Assembly (NCBI GenBank): GCA_013265495.1
Contig: MU057724.1
Span: 186,001-250,000 of the forward strand
From: Vicugna vicugna
Lineage: Eukaryota
Reading direction: 5' to 3'
DNA length: 64,000 nt
The position numbers were made by a program, and so were the translations under genes. This document shows, piece by piece, positions 1-12,850 of the stretch. Each line of letters opens with the position of its first letter. Position 1 is the first letter of the stretch. The notes beneath the pieces are model-generated. The model ran no database searches. It was not told where the DNA came from and worked only from the letters and a program-made list of their open reading frames with translations.

Positions 1-3000
1 TTGTTGGTTTGATTTGCTAATATTTTGTTGAGGATTTATGCATCTTAGAATCATGGTGGTTCGTAGTTTTCCTTTTTTGTACTATCTTTGTCTGGTTTTG
101 GTATGAGGGTAATACTGGCCTCATAGAATAAGATAGGAAGCACTCCCGCTGCTTCTACCCTCTGAGAAAGATTATAGCCAGTTGATATAATTTCTTCCTT
201 AAATGTTTGGTTAAATTCACCAGTGAACCCATCTGAGCCTGGTGCTTTCTGTTTTGGAAGATGGTTTTTTTTTTTTTACATTTTTTTATTGAGTTATAGT
301 CATTTTACAATGTTGTGTCAAATTCCAGCGTAGAGCACAATTTTTCAGTTATACATGAACATATATATATATATTCATTGTCACATTTTTTTCTCTGTGA
401 GCTACCATAAGATCTTGTATATATTTCCCTGTGTTATACAGTATAATCTTATATATCTATTCTACATTTTGAAATTCCAGTCTGTCTTTTCCCACCCCCC
501 CTCCTTGGCAACCACAAGTTTCTTTCTATGTCTATGAGTCTGTCTCTGTTTTGTATTTATGTTTAGTTTTGGTTTGGTTTTTTTTTTAGATTCCACATAC
601 GAGAGATCTCATATGGTATTTTTCTTTCTCTTTCTGGCTTACTTCACTTAGAATGACATTCTCCAGTAGCATCCATGTTGCTGCAAATGACATTACATTG
701 TCGGTTTTTATGGCTGAAGAGTATTCCACTTATATTCCATATAAATATACCACCTCTTCTTTATCCAGTCCTCTGTTGATGGACATTTAGGCTGCTTCCA
801 TGTCTTGGCTATTGTAAATAGTGCTGCTATGAACATTGGGGTGCAGGTGTCATTTTGAAGTAGGGTTCCTTCTGGATATATGCCCAGGAGTGGGATTCCT
901 GGGTCATATGGTAAGTCTGTTCCTAGTCTTTTGAGGAATCTCCATACTGTTTTCCACAGTGGCTGCACCAAACTGCATTTGTTTTGGAAGATGATTAATT
1001 ATTAATTCAATGTCTTTAATAGACACAGGCTTATTCAGGTTATCTATTTCTTCTTGTGTGAGTTTGTGTTTTTTATGATTGGTCCATATCATCTAGGTTA
1101 TCAAATTTTAGGGCACAGAGTTGTTTATAGTATTCCTTTAGTATCCTTTTAATGTCCATGGGATCTGTAGTGATGTCCCCTCTTTCATTTCTGATATTAG
1201 TAATTTGGGTCCTCTTTTTTTCTTGTTAGCCTGGCTAGAGGCTTATAGATTTTATTGATCTTTTCAAATGACCAGTTTTTGGTTTCACTGGTTTTTCTCT
1301 TTTGATTTCCTGCTTTCAATTCTATTGATTTCTCCTCTAATCCTTATTATTTCTTTCTTTCTGCTTGCTTTGGATTTACTTTGCTCTTCTTTTTCTAATT
1401 TCCTAAGGTGGAAACTTAGATTACTGATTTTAGATGATTCTTCTTTTCTTATATATGCATTCAATTGTATAAATTTCCCTCTAAGTACTGTTTTTGCTAC
1501 ATCCTAAACATTTTGATTAGTTGTGTTTCCATTTTCATTTATTTAAACATTTTTAAAAATTCTCATGAGATTTCTTCTGAGTCATGTATTACATAAAGTT
1601 AGTCTTTAGTCTTTATGTATTTGAGAATTTTTTGTCATTCTGTTATTGAATTCTAGTTTAGTTCCGCTGAAAGCAAACATTGTGTGGTTTCTGTTCTTTC
1701 AAACACCTTCAGATGTGTCCTAGGGCCCAGACTGGGCTCTGTCTTGGTGAATGTTCCTTGTGAACTTGAAAAGAGTGTGTCCTCTGCTGCTGTTGAATGA
1801 AGTGGTCTGCAGATGCCAGTTACATCCAGTCGATTGATAGCGCATTGAGTTCAACTGTGACCTTGCTGGCTTTCTGCCCTTTCTGAGAGAAGGGGTGGTG
1901 AAGGGTCCAGCCGTGATCGTGGATTCATCTGTCTCTCTTTGCAGCCCTGCTTCTGTTTCATGGAGCTTGATGCGCTGTTGTTGGGCACATACATGTTAAG
2001 GATTGCTGTGTCTTGGGGAACTGACGCCTTTGTCATTAGGTAACGTCCTTCTTTATCCATAATAACTTTCCTTACTTTGAAGTCTGCTCTGTTTGAAATT
2101 TAAGAAGCTCCTCCTGCTCTCTTTGTATTAGTGTTAGCATGTTATTTTAGGTATCATGGTACCATAATACTATAACAGTGTTATTATGTTAGCATGGATT
2201 GTTTTTCTCCATCCATTTACTTTTAATCCATAGGTGTCTTTATATTTAAAGTGAATTCTTGTGGACAACATACAATTGGGTCATCTTTTTTGATCCACTC
2301 TGATAGTCTCTGTCTTCAGTTTAGTTGGTGTGTTTAGACCATTAACATTCAAAGTGATTATTGATGTAGTTGGAATAATAGCTACTATATTCATTACTAT
2401 TTTCAATTTGTTGCCCTTGTTCTGTGTTCCTTTTTTGTCCTCCACTCTTTTTCTGCCTTTTGTGGTTTAATTGAGCATTTTATATGATTCCATTTTCTCT
2501 CCTTAGCACATCAGTTATACTTACATTTTTACTTTTTAGTGGTTGCCCTAGAGTTTGCAGTACACATTTACAATTAATCCAAGTCCACTTTCAGATGACA
2601 CTGCCACTTCTGGTGTTGTGAGCGCCTTCTGAGAACAAGACTGTCCTGATTCCTCCATCCCATCCCCTGTGCTGTTGCTGTCATTCATTTCATGTATGCA
2701 TGTATGTGTGTATCAGAAATAAACGTGAGTATACACACTTGAATACGTTGTTGCTGTTACTGTGTTGAACAGACTGTTAGCTATCAGATCAATTACGAGT
2801 TTAAATAAAAGTCTTTATTTTTACCTTCCCTTACTCCTTCCTCGGTGCTCTTCCTTCGTGTAGATCCTAGTTTCTGACTACATCATTCTCTTTCTCTCTA
2901 AAGAACTTCTTTCACCGTTTCTTGTAAGTCAGGTCTACTGGCAACAAATTGCTTCAGTTTTTGTCTGAGCAAGTCTCTATTTCTCATTCACTTTTGAAGG

Positions 3001-3295
3001 ATAATTTCACAGGGTACAGAACTCTAGGTTGGTGGGGTTTTTTGTCTCAACACCTTAAGTGTTTCACTCCACTTTCCTCTTGTTTGCGTGACTTCCAGAA
3101 AGTCAGATGTAGTTGTTACCTTTGTTTCTCTGTAGAGAAAGTGTTCTTTTCCTTTGGCTTCTTCTAGGGTTTTTCTTTCCTCATTTTGTGTAGTTTGAAA
3201 ATGATATGGCTAGGTGTAGTTTATTTTGCATTTATTTCTGGTTGGTGTTCCATCAGCTTCCTGGATCTGGGATTTGGTGCCTGACATTAATTTGA
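1..3295 (-). mobile_element. Old LINE-1 (L1M4/L1MC-like): ORF1 3' part and ORF2 5' half, decayed; interrupted by a younger L1 at 264-979
   Basis: Minus-strand translations match L1 ORF2: 1851-2060 DKEGRYLMTKASVPQDTAILNMYVPNNSAS (endonuclease) and 904-1092 [23 protein letters not shown]-rich antisense L1 composition; ORF1-end-like sequence at about 2880-3200. Confidence 0.9.
264..979 (-). mobile_element. Young 5'-truncated LINE-1 (camelid-type 3' end)
   Basis: T-tract from 265. Open ORF2 C-terminus on the minus strand ([15 protein letters not shown]...CTPMFIAALFTIAKTWKQPKCPS). Perfect 14-bp TSD TGTTTTGGAAGATG at 250-263 and 980-993. Confidence 0.97.
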
Positions 3296-5311
3296 GTAGG
3301 GCGGGCGGCAGTGTGCGACTGGAGCTGGGGAGGACAGGGATGACACAGGAATCAGCATCTGCACTGCAGGTTCACGTCACAGGCACCAGGTGTCAGCCCT
3401 GTGTGTCCGGGGTAGAAACCCTTCATCCAGTGGAATAGCTCATGGATTGAAAAACACTTCTAAGCTGTTTGAGAACATGAGAAAGAGCCAGGGCAACTCC
3501 CTGAGTTTTCAGTTGACACTGCAAGTAGCCTCATACAAAAAAGGCTGGGTTCGCTCAAAACCTGTGATGCTGTGCCGCAAGCCAGGCAGTCTTACTCTCG
3601 GCCTCGTGCATGCATCCATCCAGCCAAGAGGGAGTAGAAAAGCGGGCTGGGTCCAGGACCCCTAGATTCTTCATGCCACCGAGCAGTGTGGTCTGAGGCA
3701 AGCTGAGGGTCCTCTGAGTGCCACACAGGCACCTGTGAGATGACAAGATGGGGAAAAATCACCACAGTCTCTTCTAGAATAACTGAAAGTCTGGACGTTT
3801 TCGTCTGTGCAGAGAATTAAAGTAGCGATCATTTCTTTGTCAGATGATTGCTTCCTCTTGGAAAGCAAGTCAGTAAGAATTTACAATTAAGAATTTAGAG
3901 TATCTGTTAAGACATTAATTTGTCTCAGATTTAATGATACATTTTCATAATGAAAACTTTAGTATTCAAAGTGTGTATGTGTGCTTAAGAAATTGCTCAA
4001 AGTACTCCAGCTCTGCTTTTGAAAGTTTTTTCTGCGCCGTTAGTTATAGAACTAGATTCAAGATCACTTGGAAAATTGGCCCCGTGCGCCAGTAGCTCAT
4101 GTGGATCCTACCCTCCCTACCTCGGAGCCCAGCAGTCCCTGCACACACTGTTCAGTAAACAACTAAGAGGACCAAGAGCCCAGCCAGTTCATTCACAGAG
4201 CATTTGGAAAGGGCTGTCTGCGCAGCCTTGAGGTGCTGGCTAAAGTGGTGTGGAGAGGCAGCGTTTGTGTTTTCATTAGTCTTTTTATAGCATGGAACCA
4301 GCTGTAGCTGGTTAACGCTAGCTGGGCTGTCTGTTAGTGTACAGGTCTCTTACGCAGGATAAAGGGCTTATGATGGAAACAGATTTTGTTACTCATGATA
4401 CCACCGACAGTGTTTACGTGAACTCACCCTGCCTGTCATGGGATGTGAGTAAGAGTGGCCCCATTAAAACACAGAAACTGCCTGGGCGCTATTCAAATCA
4501 TCCTTGGAAGCAATAAATACAGATAGCTTCCCTGTTAAACTGGCTGCCCTTCACAGACTGTCCTTCCTTGGATGATGATTTTGAAGAGAGCTAGGACGTT
4601 TTCCCATTAGTGTTATAAAAACTGGGTGGAGAAAGTTGTTTTTCCTCCAGCCACAGCAAGGAGTCGTCATCTTATAGAGGGTAGAGAATAATTTACCAGC
4701 CATTTCTGGAGAAGTTAAACAGAATGGTTAGTAGTGATGTAGCTCCTCACAGAATGAACTCTGAAGGCAAAATTTAACCTTTTAGAGATTATTAATAGCT
4801 AGATGGAAATGAATGTATGTATGTATGTTCATGAAAAACATTCTGAATGGAGAACCTTTATTGGATTCTTGTGTCGCTTGTTTGAGGGATTAAAGGATAA
4901 ACCAGTTTAGCCTGTTTTCTGAAGCAGCCAAGAACCTGTGGGGCTGAGCTACTTCCTGGATCAGTCTCACCAGAAATTAGGGAATATATTCTTCTTTTAA
5001 ACCTAAGTTATTTGCAGAAGTGAGCTTAGGTGTTTGAAATGATGAAGTCTTGGAAACTTGAGAGCCGGGATTCTCCCCGTAACAGTTGTTGCAGCCCCTC
5101 ACACAGGATCCAGATTGTCCTTGGTTCCCCTGGACACTTTCTTTTTCCCCAGAACAGGGTCTGGCAGTCTCAGAGGTTCAGTAATTGCATTTGTTAGGAT
5201 GGTGGCAGGGACTGGCCTGTCATCCACCTTGCAGATTGTTTGGGGGTAAATGAGGTCACAGGGGAGATGCCTGGCACTCGGTGGGCTTCATTTTGTCCTA
5301 TTTGTGCGGAG

Positions 5312-5485
5312 CAGGGTTGGCAAGCACAGTGTTTTAGGCTGTTGCCCTCACTCACCTCAGCCTTCGTTGTGTGAAAGCAACTGGGCAAGAATGTGCGAGC
5401 AGACGGGCGGGTCCCAATAAAACTTTATTTACAAAGGCAGGTGGCAGGAAGAACTGGGCCACAGGCCATAGTTTGCCAACCCATG
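5312..5485 (+). mobile_element. MER58A-like hAT-Charlie MITE
   Basis: TIRs CAGGGTTGGCAA ... TTTGCCAACCCATG and the diagnostic internal CCAATAAAACTTTATTTACAAA. Confidence 0.88.
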
Positions 5486-6887
5486 ATCTATTCAGAGGTA
5501 AATTCCCTATGTCCTCCATGTCCTTTGTAGGATAAAAGAATTTTCAGCCAATGTTTACTATGGCTCTGACTTACCACACGTCAGAATGACACTTGAAGGT
5601 ATAAGTATATGCTTATGTATTTTTGAGCTATATACAGAGAAGAATGTGTAAAATCAAAGTGTTTAATATAGTTATATGTTAATTTCCAGATAAAATAGCC
5701 CCTGTCACATGTGGTAAAATAATGTGACTTAAGAAATGTTGGGATTTCTCTGCATACTTGGTCTCTCAAGTATGTTGAATTACAAAATGATACAGATAGC
5801 ACAGCAAATTTATGAGCCAAAGGAAGGTAAAAAAAAAATCAAACCTTTACACCAGGATTTATGATTTACAATTGAGAGAATGAACCCTAGGGAAAGTAGA
5901 AAGCACAACAAAAAATGTAAATAAAAATATGGATAAAGCTGTGTTGAATCCTGAGGAGGGCAGGAGAAGAGCAGAAGGGAGCCTAAGGTTTGTCATTACA
6001 GTCTGGACTTCAGGGCCAGCTCGGGGACCAGCCCTGTCTTGTGACCCCGGGCCCACGAAGGAATCATGGCCTCACGTTGTCCTGTCACAGGCTGAGCTGA
6101 AGCGAGTGCTCTGCGAGCCTCCCGTTGTGTGAAGGACCCTTGTCGCTTGTACGTGTCAGGGCAGAGCCAGCCTGGTCCAGGGCAGTTTGGAGCTGCCTCC
6201 CCAGAGCAGTGGGACCCGGAGAACTCACAGCCTCTGTGTGTTAGGGAATACACCCCTGGCTGAGAGGCCAGCCTGTGAGGCTGCAGGTCAGCTGAAGTTC
6301 TAGCAACGAGGTTACTGCTTCTCCTTCAGCTGTGACCATCCTACTACACCTCGCTTTGGGTGAACCTGTGCAGCTGATCTGACAGGACAGGTCCTTATTC
6401 ACATGGATGTGGATTAACTCCACTTACATGTCCTGTTCACTCAAAAGAAGTAAAGCAGCTGTAGCCACTAGCAGGAGGTCACAGTATCAGAGTCATCCTG
6501 AGTCAGGGCTGCCTTCACGGGAATGGTGAGTGTCAGAGCAAGAATGTAACCACCCCAGGCGTCCTGAGAGAGGGGAAGGGGGGAAGGGTTGGGGACTCGA
6601 TGGGGAGGGAGGGGTAGGAGAGAGACCAAAAGACCAGGTGCACCCCAGGGAGGGCCCACTGCAGAGCGGTGGGCTGGTGCTGGAAGGAAAGTGGACCCAT
6701 CCTTCCTCCAAGTTTACTCTTCTTCCCAGGCAGTCCTCTTCCTTGACCCCAAGGCCTTGTAGCAGTGGGGACAAGAAAGGTCATGCTCTTTGGCTTAAGA
6801 CTTTGAACTTAGTCATTGTAATAGATTTTAAAGAAAATCTGTACTGGTGTCATAGAAAGAGTTCTTGGAAATAAGAATTTAGGCTTT

Positions 6888-7661
6888 GGTCCAACAGGCA
6901 CATGAAAAGATGCTCAGTGTCACTAAGTATCAGAGAAATGCAAATCAGAACCTCACACCAATCAGAATGGCCATCATTAAAAAGTCCACAAATGACAAAT
7001 GCTGGAGAGGGTGTGGAGAAAAGGGGACCTGCCTACACTGCTGGTGGGAATGCAGTTTGGTGCAGCCACTGTGGAGGACAGTATGAAGGTTCCTTAAAAA
7101 AAAACCTAAAAATAGACTTAACATATGATCCAGCAGGCTCACTCCTGGGTATATATCCAGAGGGAACTCTAATTCAAAAAGATACATGCATCCCAATGTT
7201 CATAGCAGCACTATGTGCAACAGCCAAGACATGGAAACAACCTAAATGTCTTGACAGATTGACAGATAACTGGATAAAGAAGCTGTGGTATATTTATACA
7301 ATGGAATACTACTCAGCCATAAAAAGGAATAAAATAATGCCATTTGCAGCAATGTGGATGGACCTGGAGATTGTCATTCTAAGTGAAGTAAGCTTAGAAA
7401 GAGAAAGAAAAATACCATATGATAACACTCATACGTGGAATCTAAAAAAATGACACAAATGAACTTATTTACAAAACAAACAGACAAAGAAAACAAACTT
7501 ATGGTTACCAGCATGGTGGGGGAGGGATAAATTAGGAGTTTGTGATTAGCAGATGCACACTACTATATATAAAATAAACAAACAACAGGGACCTACTGTA
7601 TAGCACAGAGAACTACATTCAATATCTTGTAATAAACTATAATGGAAAAGAATCTTAAAAA
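6888..7661 (+). mobile_element. 5'-truncated LINE-1 3' end (ORF2 C-terminus, 3' UTR, A-tail)
   Basis: ORF2 C-terminal peptides ([58 protein letters not shown]). TSD-like AAGAATTTAGGCTTT 6873-6887 and AAGATCTTAGGCTTT 7662-7676 (13/15). Confidence 0.95.
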
Positions 7662-9360
7662 AAGATCTTAGGCTTTTGTCTACAATCACATGGGTCTTAC
7701 CTCCTCATGATTGCATATTTCATGTATTAATGAATTTTGAAAACTGCACAAATGTTGCTGCATAGGTTTAAACTAAAAAGTAGCACAGAAAAGCACTGGA
7801 TGCAGGAATGATCACAATAAATACATCAGGGCAGATGGTGAAAGAGGAAACTCATATCTCAAAAACAGATTTAGATTTATTTGTTCAGAACATATGAAAA
7901 GAGAATGAAGAGCTGATGGATTCTTACTTGATTTTTCAGAGTTCACAATTCACTAAAGATTCAGAGAATCAACATACGGTTTTCATTTATGATTGTAGTT
8001 AATTTTCTAGAAGGCCAGTGAGATACGGCTACTTGATTCAGGTGAAGTTTACTCTGGGACATACTGAGTCTTTCTACTGAGACTAGAGTCCAGGATTCAG
8101 CCGTTACTTTGGGATGATCTGAGAAAACTGAACAGCCAAGTGTTTTGTTGCTTTAGATTAGTTAAGTGATGATAACCACGAGCATTTATAATATTATTTT
8201 GAATTGGCCCTGGGAGGGCTTAAGACACAGAACTGAATGTACTGCCAGATATTTTTGCAGGAGTCACAGATGTAAAAGAGAATTCTGTACACACATCCCC
8301 CTCCCCAACACCCAAACAGGACATATTTTGAGTTAAACCCTTTGGAATGGACTATTTTTAGAAAAATGGCAGGGGGGTAGGAAATTTTTTTTAACAACTT
8401 TTTCATTACAGCCCGTAAAACATATTTACATTCTAATTCAGTTGTGACATGTCCTGCACGTGATTGACTCTACTGACAGTGAAATACCAAGTTGAACAAG
8501 AATTAGTCTTTTTAAACAAAGGCAAAGTTTTGCCCACTCTGGAAGTGGAGAGTTAACACATGGTACCCAGGCGTGGGCCAGGCTTGGCAGCGCCCCCACT
8601 GCCAGAACAGTGCTCCATGCTGGTCCTCCCTGCTGTGCTCCCAGCCCGTCTGGCCGTGAGGGATGTGACCATGTACATGACAGCTGGTCCAATAGTATTT
8701 TTAGTGTAATTTTAATGATAAAGCAACATCATGACACCTATAGAAAATTTCAGTTCGCACTAGTAGAAAAATCGTTCTGATTCTATAGACTGTATAATCA
8801 TTCTGTACATTATCTTCTAGTCTTCTTATTATACTTCTTTTAAGTTGAAATCGTGAAACATTGTGTTCTGAGCCCACAGAGTGTCAGCGCACTGAAATCG
8901 TCTTACTCCCCTTGTGCACGGTCTCAACCTGACCGTGTTCTCAGCGGAGACAAGGGGAGACCTGGACTAAGAGCTGCTGTACGCCATGTGCTTGTGTTTT
9001 GTTTGTTTGAGGAGCTCAGTAAGCACATAAAATACCCATGTGGTGCCTGCCAGCGACCCTCTGCGAGGCCGTGACGGAAAGGCTGGCAGCGCCGGGGACA
9101 GGTGGGCGGGAGCTTTCCCATTGTTCTTCAAGGGCTGGAGGCTGAAGACCCGCCTCAGGCCGAGCTGGAGCTCAAACCAGGTCTGTGTGACTCTGAGCCG
9201 TTGCCGTTGCACGTGTAGCAGCCAAGGCACTTCACAGTCGGTCGCTGAGAAGGACAGCGACTGCGCGGACCCCTGGGCGGGGCGTGTGGTCGCTCTCCCT
9301 CCGATGGGGCTGCACTGGAGCTGATAGTAGAAAACCTGCGGGAACTGTTTCTCTTTGAAG

Positions 9361-9542
9361 TGTGAGCAGGTATTAGCTCCACTGATGAGGAATGCAACTG
9401 TCCAAACAGGTGGCTGTAATCAGATGTTTGAAAAAGGAACATTAATAACATTATTTCTTGATGTCCAAAACACATTTTTAAACAAAAAGTCAGTTATATA
9501 TCCAATCAGAAAATTACTTCGACTCTTTGATGAAGAAAAAAA
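9361..9542 (+). other. Candidate exon (unverified)
   Basis: Acceptor tttctctttgaag, donor AAA|gtaagt, 60 open codons in AT-rich unique DNA. Peptide not recognised. Confidence 0.2.
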
Positions 9543-10289
9543 GTAAGTGTCCCTGAGCCTTAGATGTCACCTCTTGCTTCTGGCTGTGTGGGTGGCAGAG
9601 CTTTTCCTATGAAAGGGACAGTAACAGAACCAGCAGGGCAGTGAAAACAGGCAGAACGCTGCTACCAGGCGGTAGAGCTCTGTGCTGTGCCACCTGATAT
9701 GTGAGAGGACGTAAACGATGGGGTTTTCCCTTTTAAGAACAGACATGGAAACAATTTTTTTTTTAAATATAAAAATGTAGAAACGTAGACTTCAAACATG
9801 AAGGAAGAAGAGTTAAAAAGAGAGGGAAGAAAGATCGCTTCTGGTCAGACATCCCACATAGAACTGTTCGTCCATTTGGGGAGTGAAGTGTTACCACAGA
9901 GCGCACAGCCAGACGGGAGGAAGCAGAGCACCCAGCTGAGTGTGGACACATGTCCCTGACCTCCCTGGGCAGTGCAAGTGCCAGGGGCGGGCCCGGGAGG
10001 CCCACGTCGTCCCGTGTTAACAGACACCATCTCTGGGCAGCCCGCCACCATCAGCGTGGCGGTCTCGGTGCTCACCTGCCCCACCCCTCGGTGTCTGGGC
10101 CCTGCCGGTGTGGTCACGGGGGAAGAAGCAACAGTTACTTTCATTGTTGGGCAGCAGGAGCCCATAGGCAATTTTGAGGAGTGAATGCTGAACTATGTTC
10201 AGTAGGGTTTGAACACCGTTGCTTCCGGTGGGTTTTTGTCTCTAATCACACTCCATGTGAGCTCATTGTGGAGCGTGCAGTGGTGACAG

Positions 10290-10790
10290 GGATGTGACAC
10301 TGGTGCATGTCCGCCCCACTCAGCTCCGTCCCCGTGGCTCTCCCGCTCCAGCTCAGTGCCCGGCAACTGCGGGTCCATCCTCCACTTCTAGCATTTTCTC
10401 CTTTCAGGAGTGTTATATGAGCGTTGTGTAATGTGCACATGTGCTCTTCGGGGAGTGGCTTTTGTCATGCCGTGGGATTCCCTGGAGGCCTGCCTGCATG
10501 GTTGCCTGCAGCGCAGCCGGCTCCTTTGACCTGCCCCACAGTTTGACTTAACGTTTCCCTGTCACAAGATGTCTGGCTGTTGTGATTAAAGCTCCTGTGA
10601 ACGTGGGCACACAGGCGTTGGTGTGAACCCCATTGCTGAGTCCTGGGCAGTTTCGAGTTCTGTCATGCTGTCTCCAGAGGACTGCACGTCTTTCCTGGCA
10701 GCATTGTGTGAGGGTCCCAGTGTCTCTTCATCACCGGTGTTTGGCATTGTCACTCTATTTTATTTAGCCATTCTCACTCATGCTTATGTG
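10290..10790 (-). mobile_element. Ancient L1 (L1ME-like) 3' fragment, GC-drifted
   Basis: Degenerate antisense L1 motifs (gctcctgtgaacgt, ttggcattgtcactctattttatttagccattctcact). Confidence 0.6.
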
Positions 10791-11487
10791 TCAGATTTTA
10801 AACTAAGAGTTTGGATTTTTAGTACTTTATACTTTTCTCATGTTGGGACATATCTCCTGAGGTACTTTATAGAAAAAAAAAAACACCTGAGTGTATCTTT
10901 CTGTAGGTCCCACCAGACTGTAAACTTCATCAGTGTAAGAAATAGTTTCATGCAGGTCTCCATCCCTCGCACATAAAGCTGGGCCAGGCACAGGCAGACA
11001 CTGTTGAGTGTGACTAGGGGAGGGGGCGGACGGAGAGAGCTTTCTGCTTCATCACCACGCCCAGCAACTGTTCACTAGGCGTGCTCCAGGTACTTGGCAA
11101 TATTATGGCTTGAAAAACACATAGTGAACTTAGATTAGAAATCATCTCAAGTCCAGAGAGACTCTAGAGTATCAGCTAGATCCAGATGCACCTTAAAAAA
11201 CAAAGAAGAGAAACTTTTCCAAATACAAAAGCGAGGGAGAAAACTCTTCACGTCTTGACTCTTGTTTCCCTCCAAAGGAAAACCTCCGCTCTTTATGGAC
11301 CTGATGTCGACAGAGATGCTCATCGAAGGCACTGAGTCTCTTTGATAGTGTCACACCTGGCCCGAGCCAGAGGATAGCCTGCCTGCCTGGCGCAGGAGAG
11401 CGTGCTCCCACCTGACTGGGACCTGCGCTGGCCCTGCCAACAGCTCCTGTCCTGCAGTGTCTGCTGACTCATCCTCATTTGTCAGCA

Positions 11488-11642
11488 GCTTACTTCACTT
11501 AGAATGACATTCTCCAGTAGCATCCATGTTGCTGCAAATGGCGTTATGTTGTCGGTTTTTATGGCTGAGTAGTATTCCATTGTATAAATATACCACATCT
11601 TATCCAGTCATCTGCTGATGGACATTTAGGCTGTTTCCATGT
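11488..11642 (-). mobile_element. Internal fragment of the young L1 family, lacking 3' UTR and poly(A)
   Basis: Nearly identical by eye to about 637-803 and 55927-56085 (gcttacttcacttagaatgacattctccag...ggacatttaggctgtttccatgt). Confidence 0.92.
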
Positions 11643-11914
11643 TTCCAAGCATCAGATCTTAAACAGATTACCCTAAGAAGAGGCTGTTGGGCAAAAATGC
11701 CTCTGACCCCTCCGGGGGTAAAAGAGGCCAGCATGCCCACCCACTTCTGTGCAGCCTCAGCAAGACATCCACAGAGGGAACGCTTTCTCTGAGTGTACAG
11801 CAGTTAGTGAATGCATACCAAGCGATGAGGTTACATCTAAAACTGTAGCAATTAAGAAGCATGTACTAGTAACAAAATAGTAAAAGAGTTGTGCTAGTTG
11901 GGGAAAATATTATC

Positions 11915-12015
11915 CCATTATACTGTGCACTTTAAACTTACACAGTGCTGTATGTCAGTTATATCTCAGTGAAACTGGAAAAAAATGGTGAAGTAAAACA
12001 AAATAAAATAGAAAA
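11915..12015 (+). mobile_element. L1 (L1MA-like) extreme 3' end with A-rich tail
   Basis: aaacttacacagtgctgtatgtcagttatatctcagtgaaactggaaaaaaa resembles L1MA termini. Confidence 0.65.
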
Positions 12016-12109
12016 GCATTATTCCTTCCCAGTGTAGTGCTGGCCACCACATCTCTAGCGGCAGCTTCAGCCTCGGAGGAAGGCCCTGGGGTATGCAGAG
12101 ACGGTTGTC

Positions 12110-12850
12110 AGTGTCTCCGTGGACTGATACGATGTCTGTCACAGACAGATACTACTTTCTGAAAGTGTGTAGCTGTGATTTTTAAAAATTTACTGAAGTC
12201 CTTACTTTACTCACATTTCCTTAGATTTTTAACTTAATGTTTTTATGCTGCCCCGGAACCCCATCCGGGGACCGCACCACACTGAGTTGTTGTGTCTTCT
12301 TACACTCCTCTGGGCTGTGAGAGCCCCTCAGACTTTCCCAGTTTTTGATGCTTTGACAGTTCGAGGAGCACTGGTCAGGTATTTGTAGAATCCCCTGACC
12401 TGGAATTTACCTGATTACTCATTAGCCTGAGATCACGGGTTCTCGGGAGGAGGATGACTGAGGGAAGGCACCCAGGCCTCAGGAACAAGTTCTTATCCTC
12501 TCATGGCAGTGGCAGATTTCTCTCCTTCCTTGCTTACTTACATGATAGTTTTTTAGGCCAGTGTGGGCTCATGAATTTTTACTTTGTTATTTTGAAGTAC
12601 AATCCAATACTGTTTTATTTATTTTGTTGGTTCGAATGGTTCCAGCTTTGGCCATGAAGCTCTTTGCACTGACCCCTAGTCTCTGACAAAGTTTCATCTT
12701 TGTGGGCTTTTTGTCTGGTTCTGCGTAGTCCTGAACACTTTCTCCGTTCCTGGCTCTGCATGATGCTCAGGCTCACTGTGTCTGTTGCCTGACCCAGCCC
12801 TGGAATCAGCCATTTCTCCAAGGAATTCCTTGTGCTGGAGAGTGGTACCC
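12110..12850 (-). mobile_element. Old L1MC-type 3' UTR fragment
   Basis: Motifs ttgatgctttgacagttcgaggagcactggtcaggtatttgtagaat and cagccctggaatcagccatttctccaagga are typical of antisense L1MC. Confidence 0.75.

Noticed and set aside
5574..5626. Minus-strand exon candidate with gtaagt donor
   Set aside because: Isolated, unrecognised peptide, two of three frames closed, no partner exons.
6902..7453. 183-aa ORF as a gene
   Set aside because: Frameshifted C-terminus of L1 ORF2 in a truncated copy.
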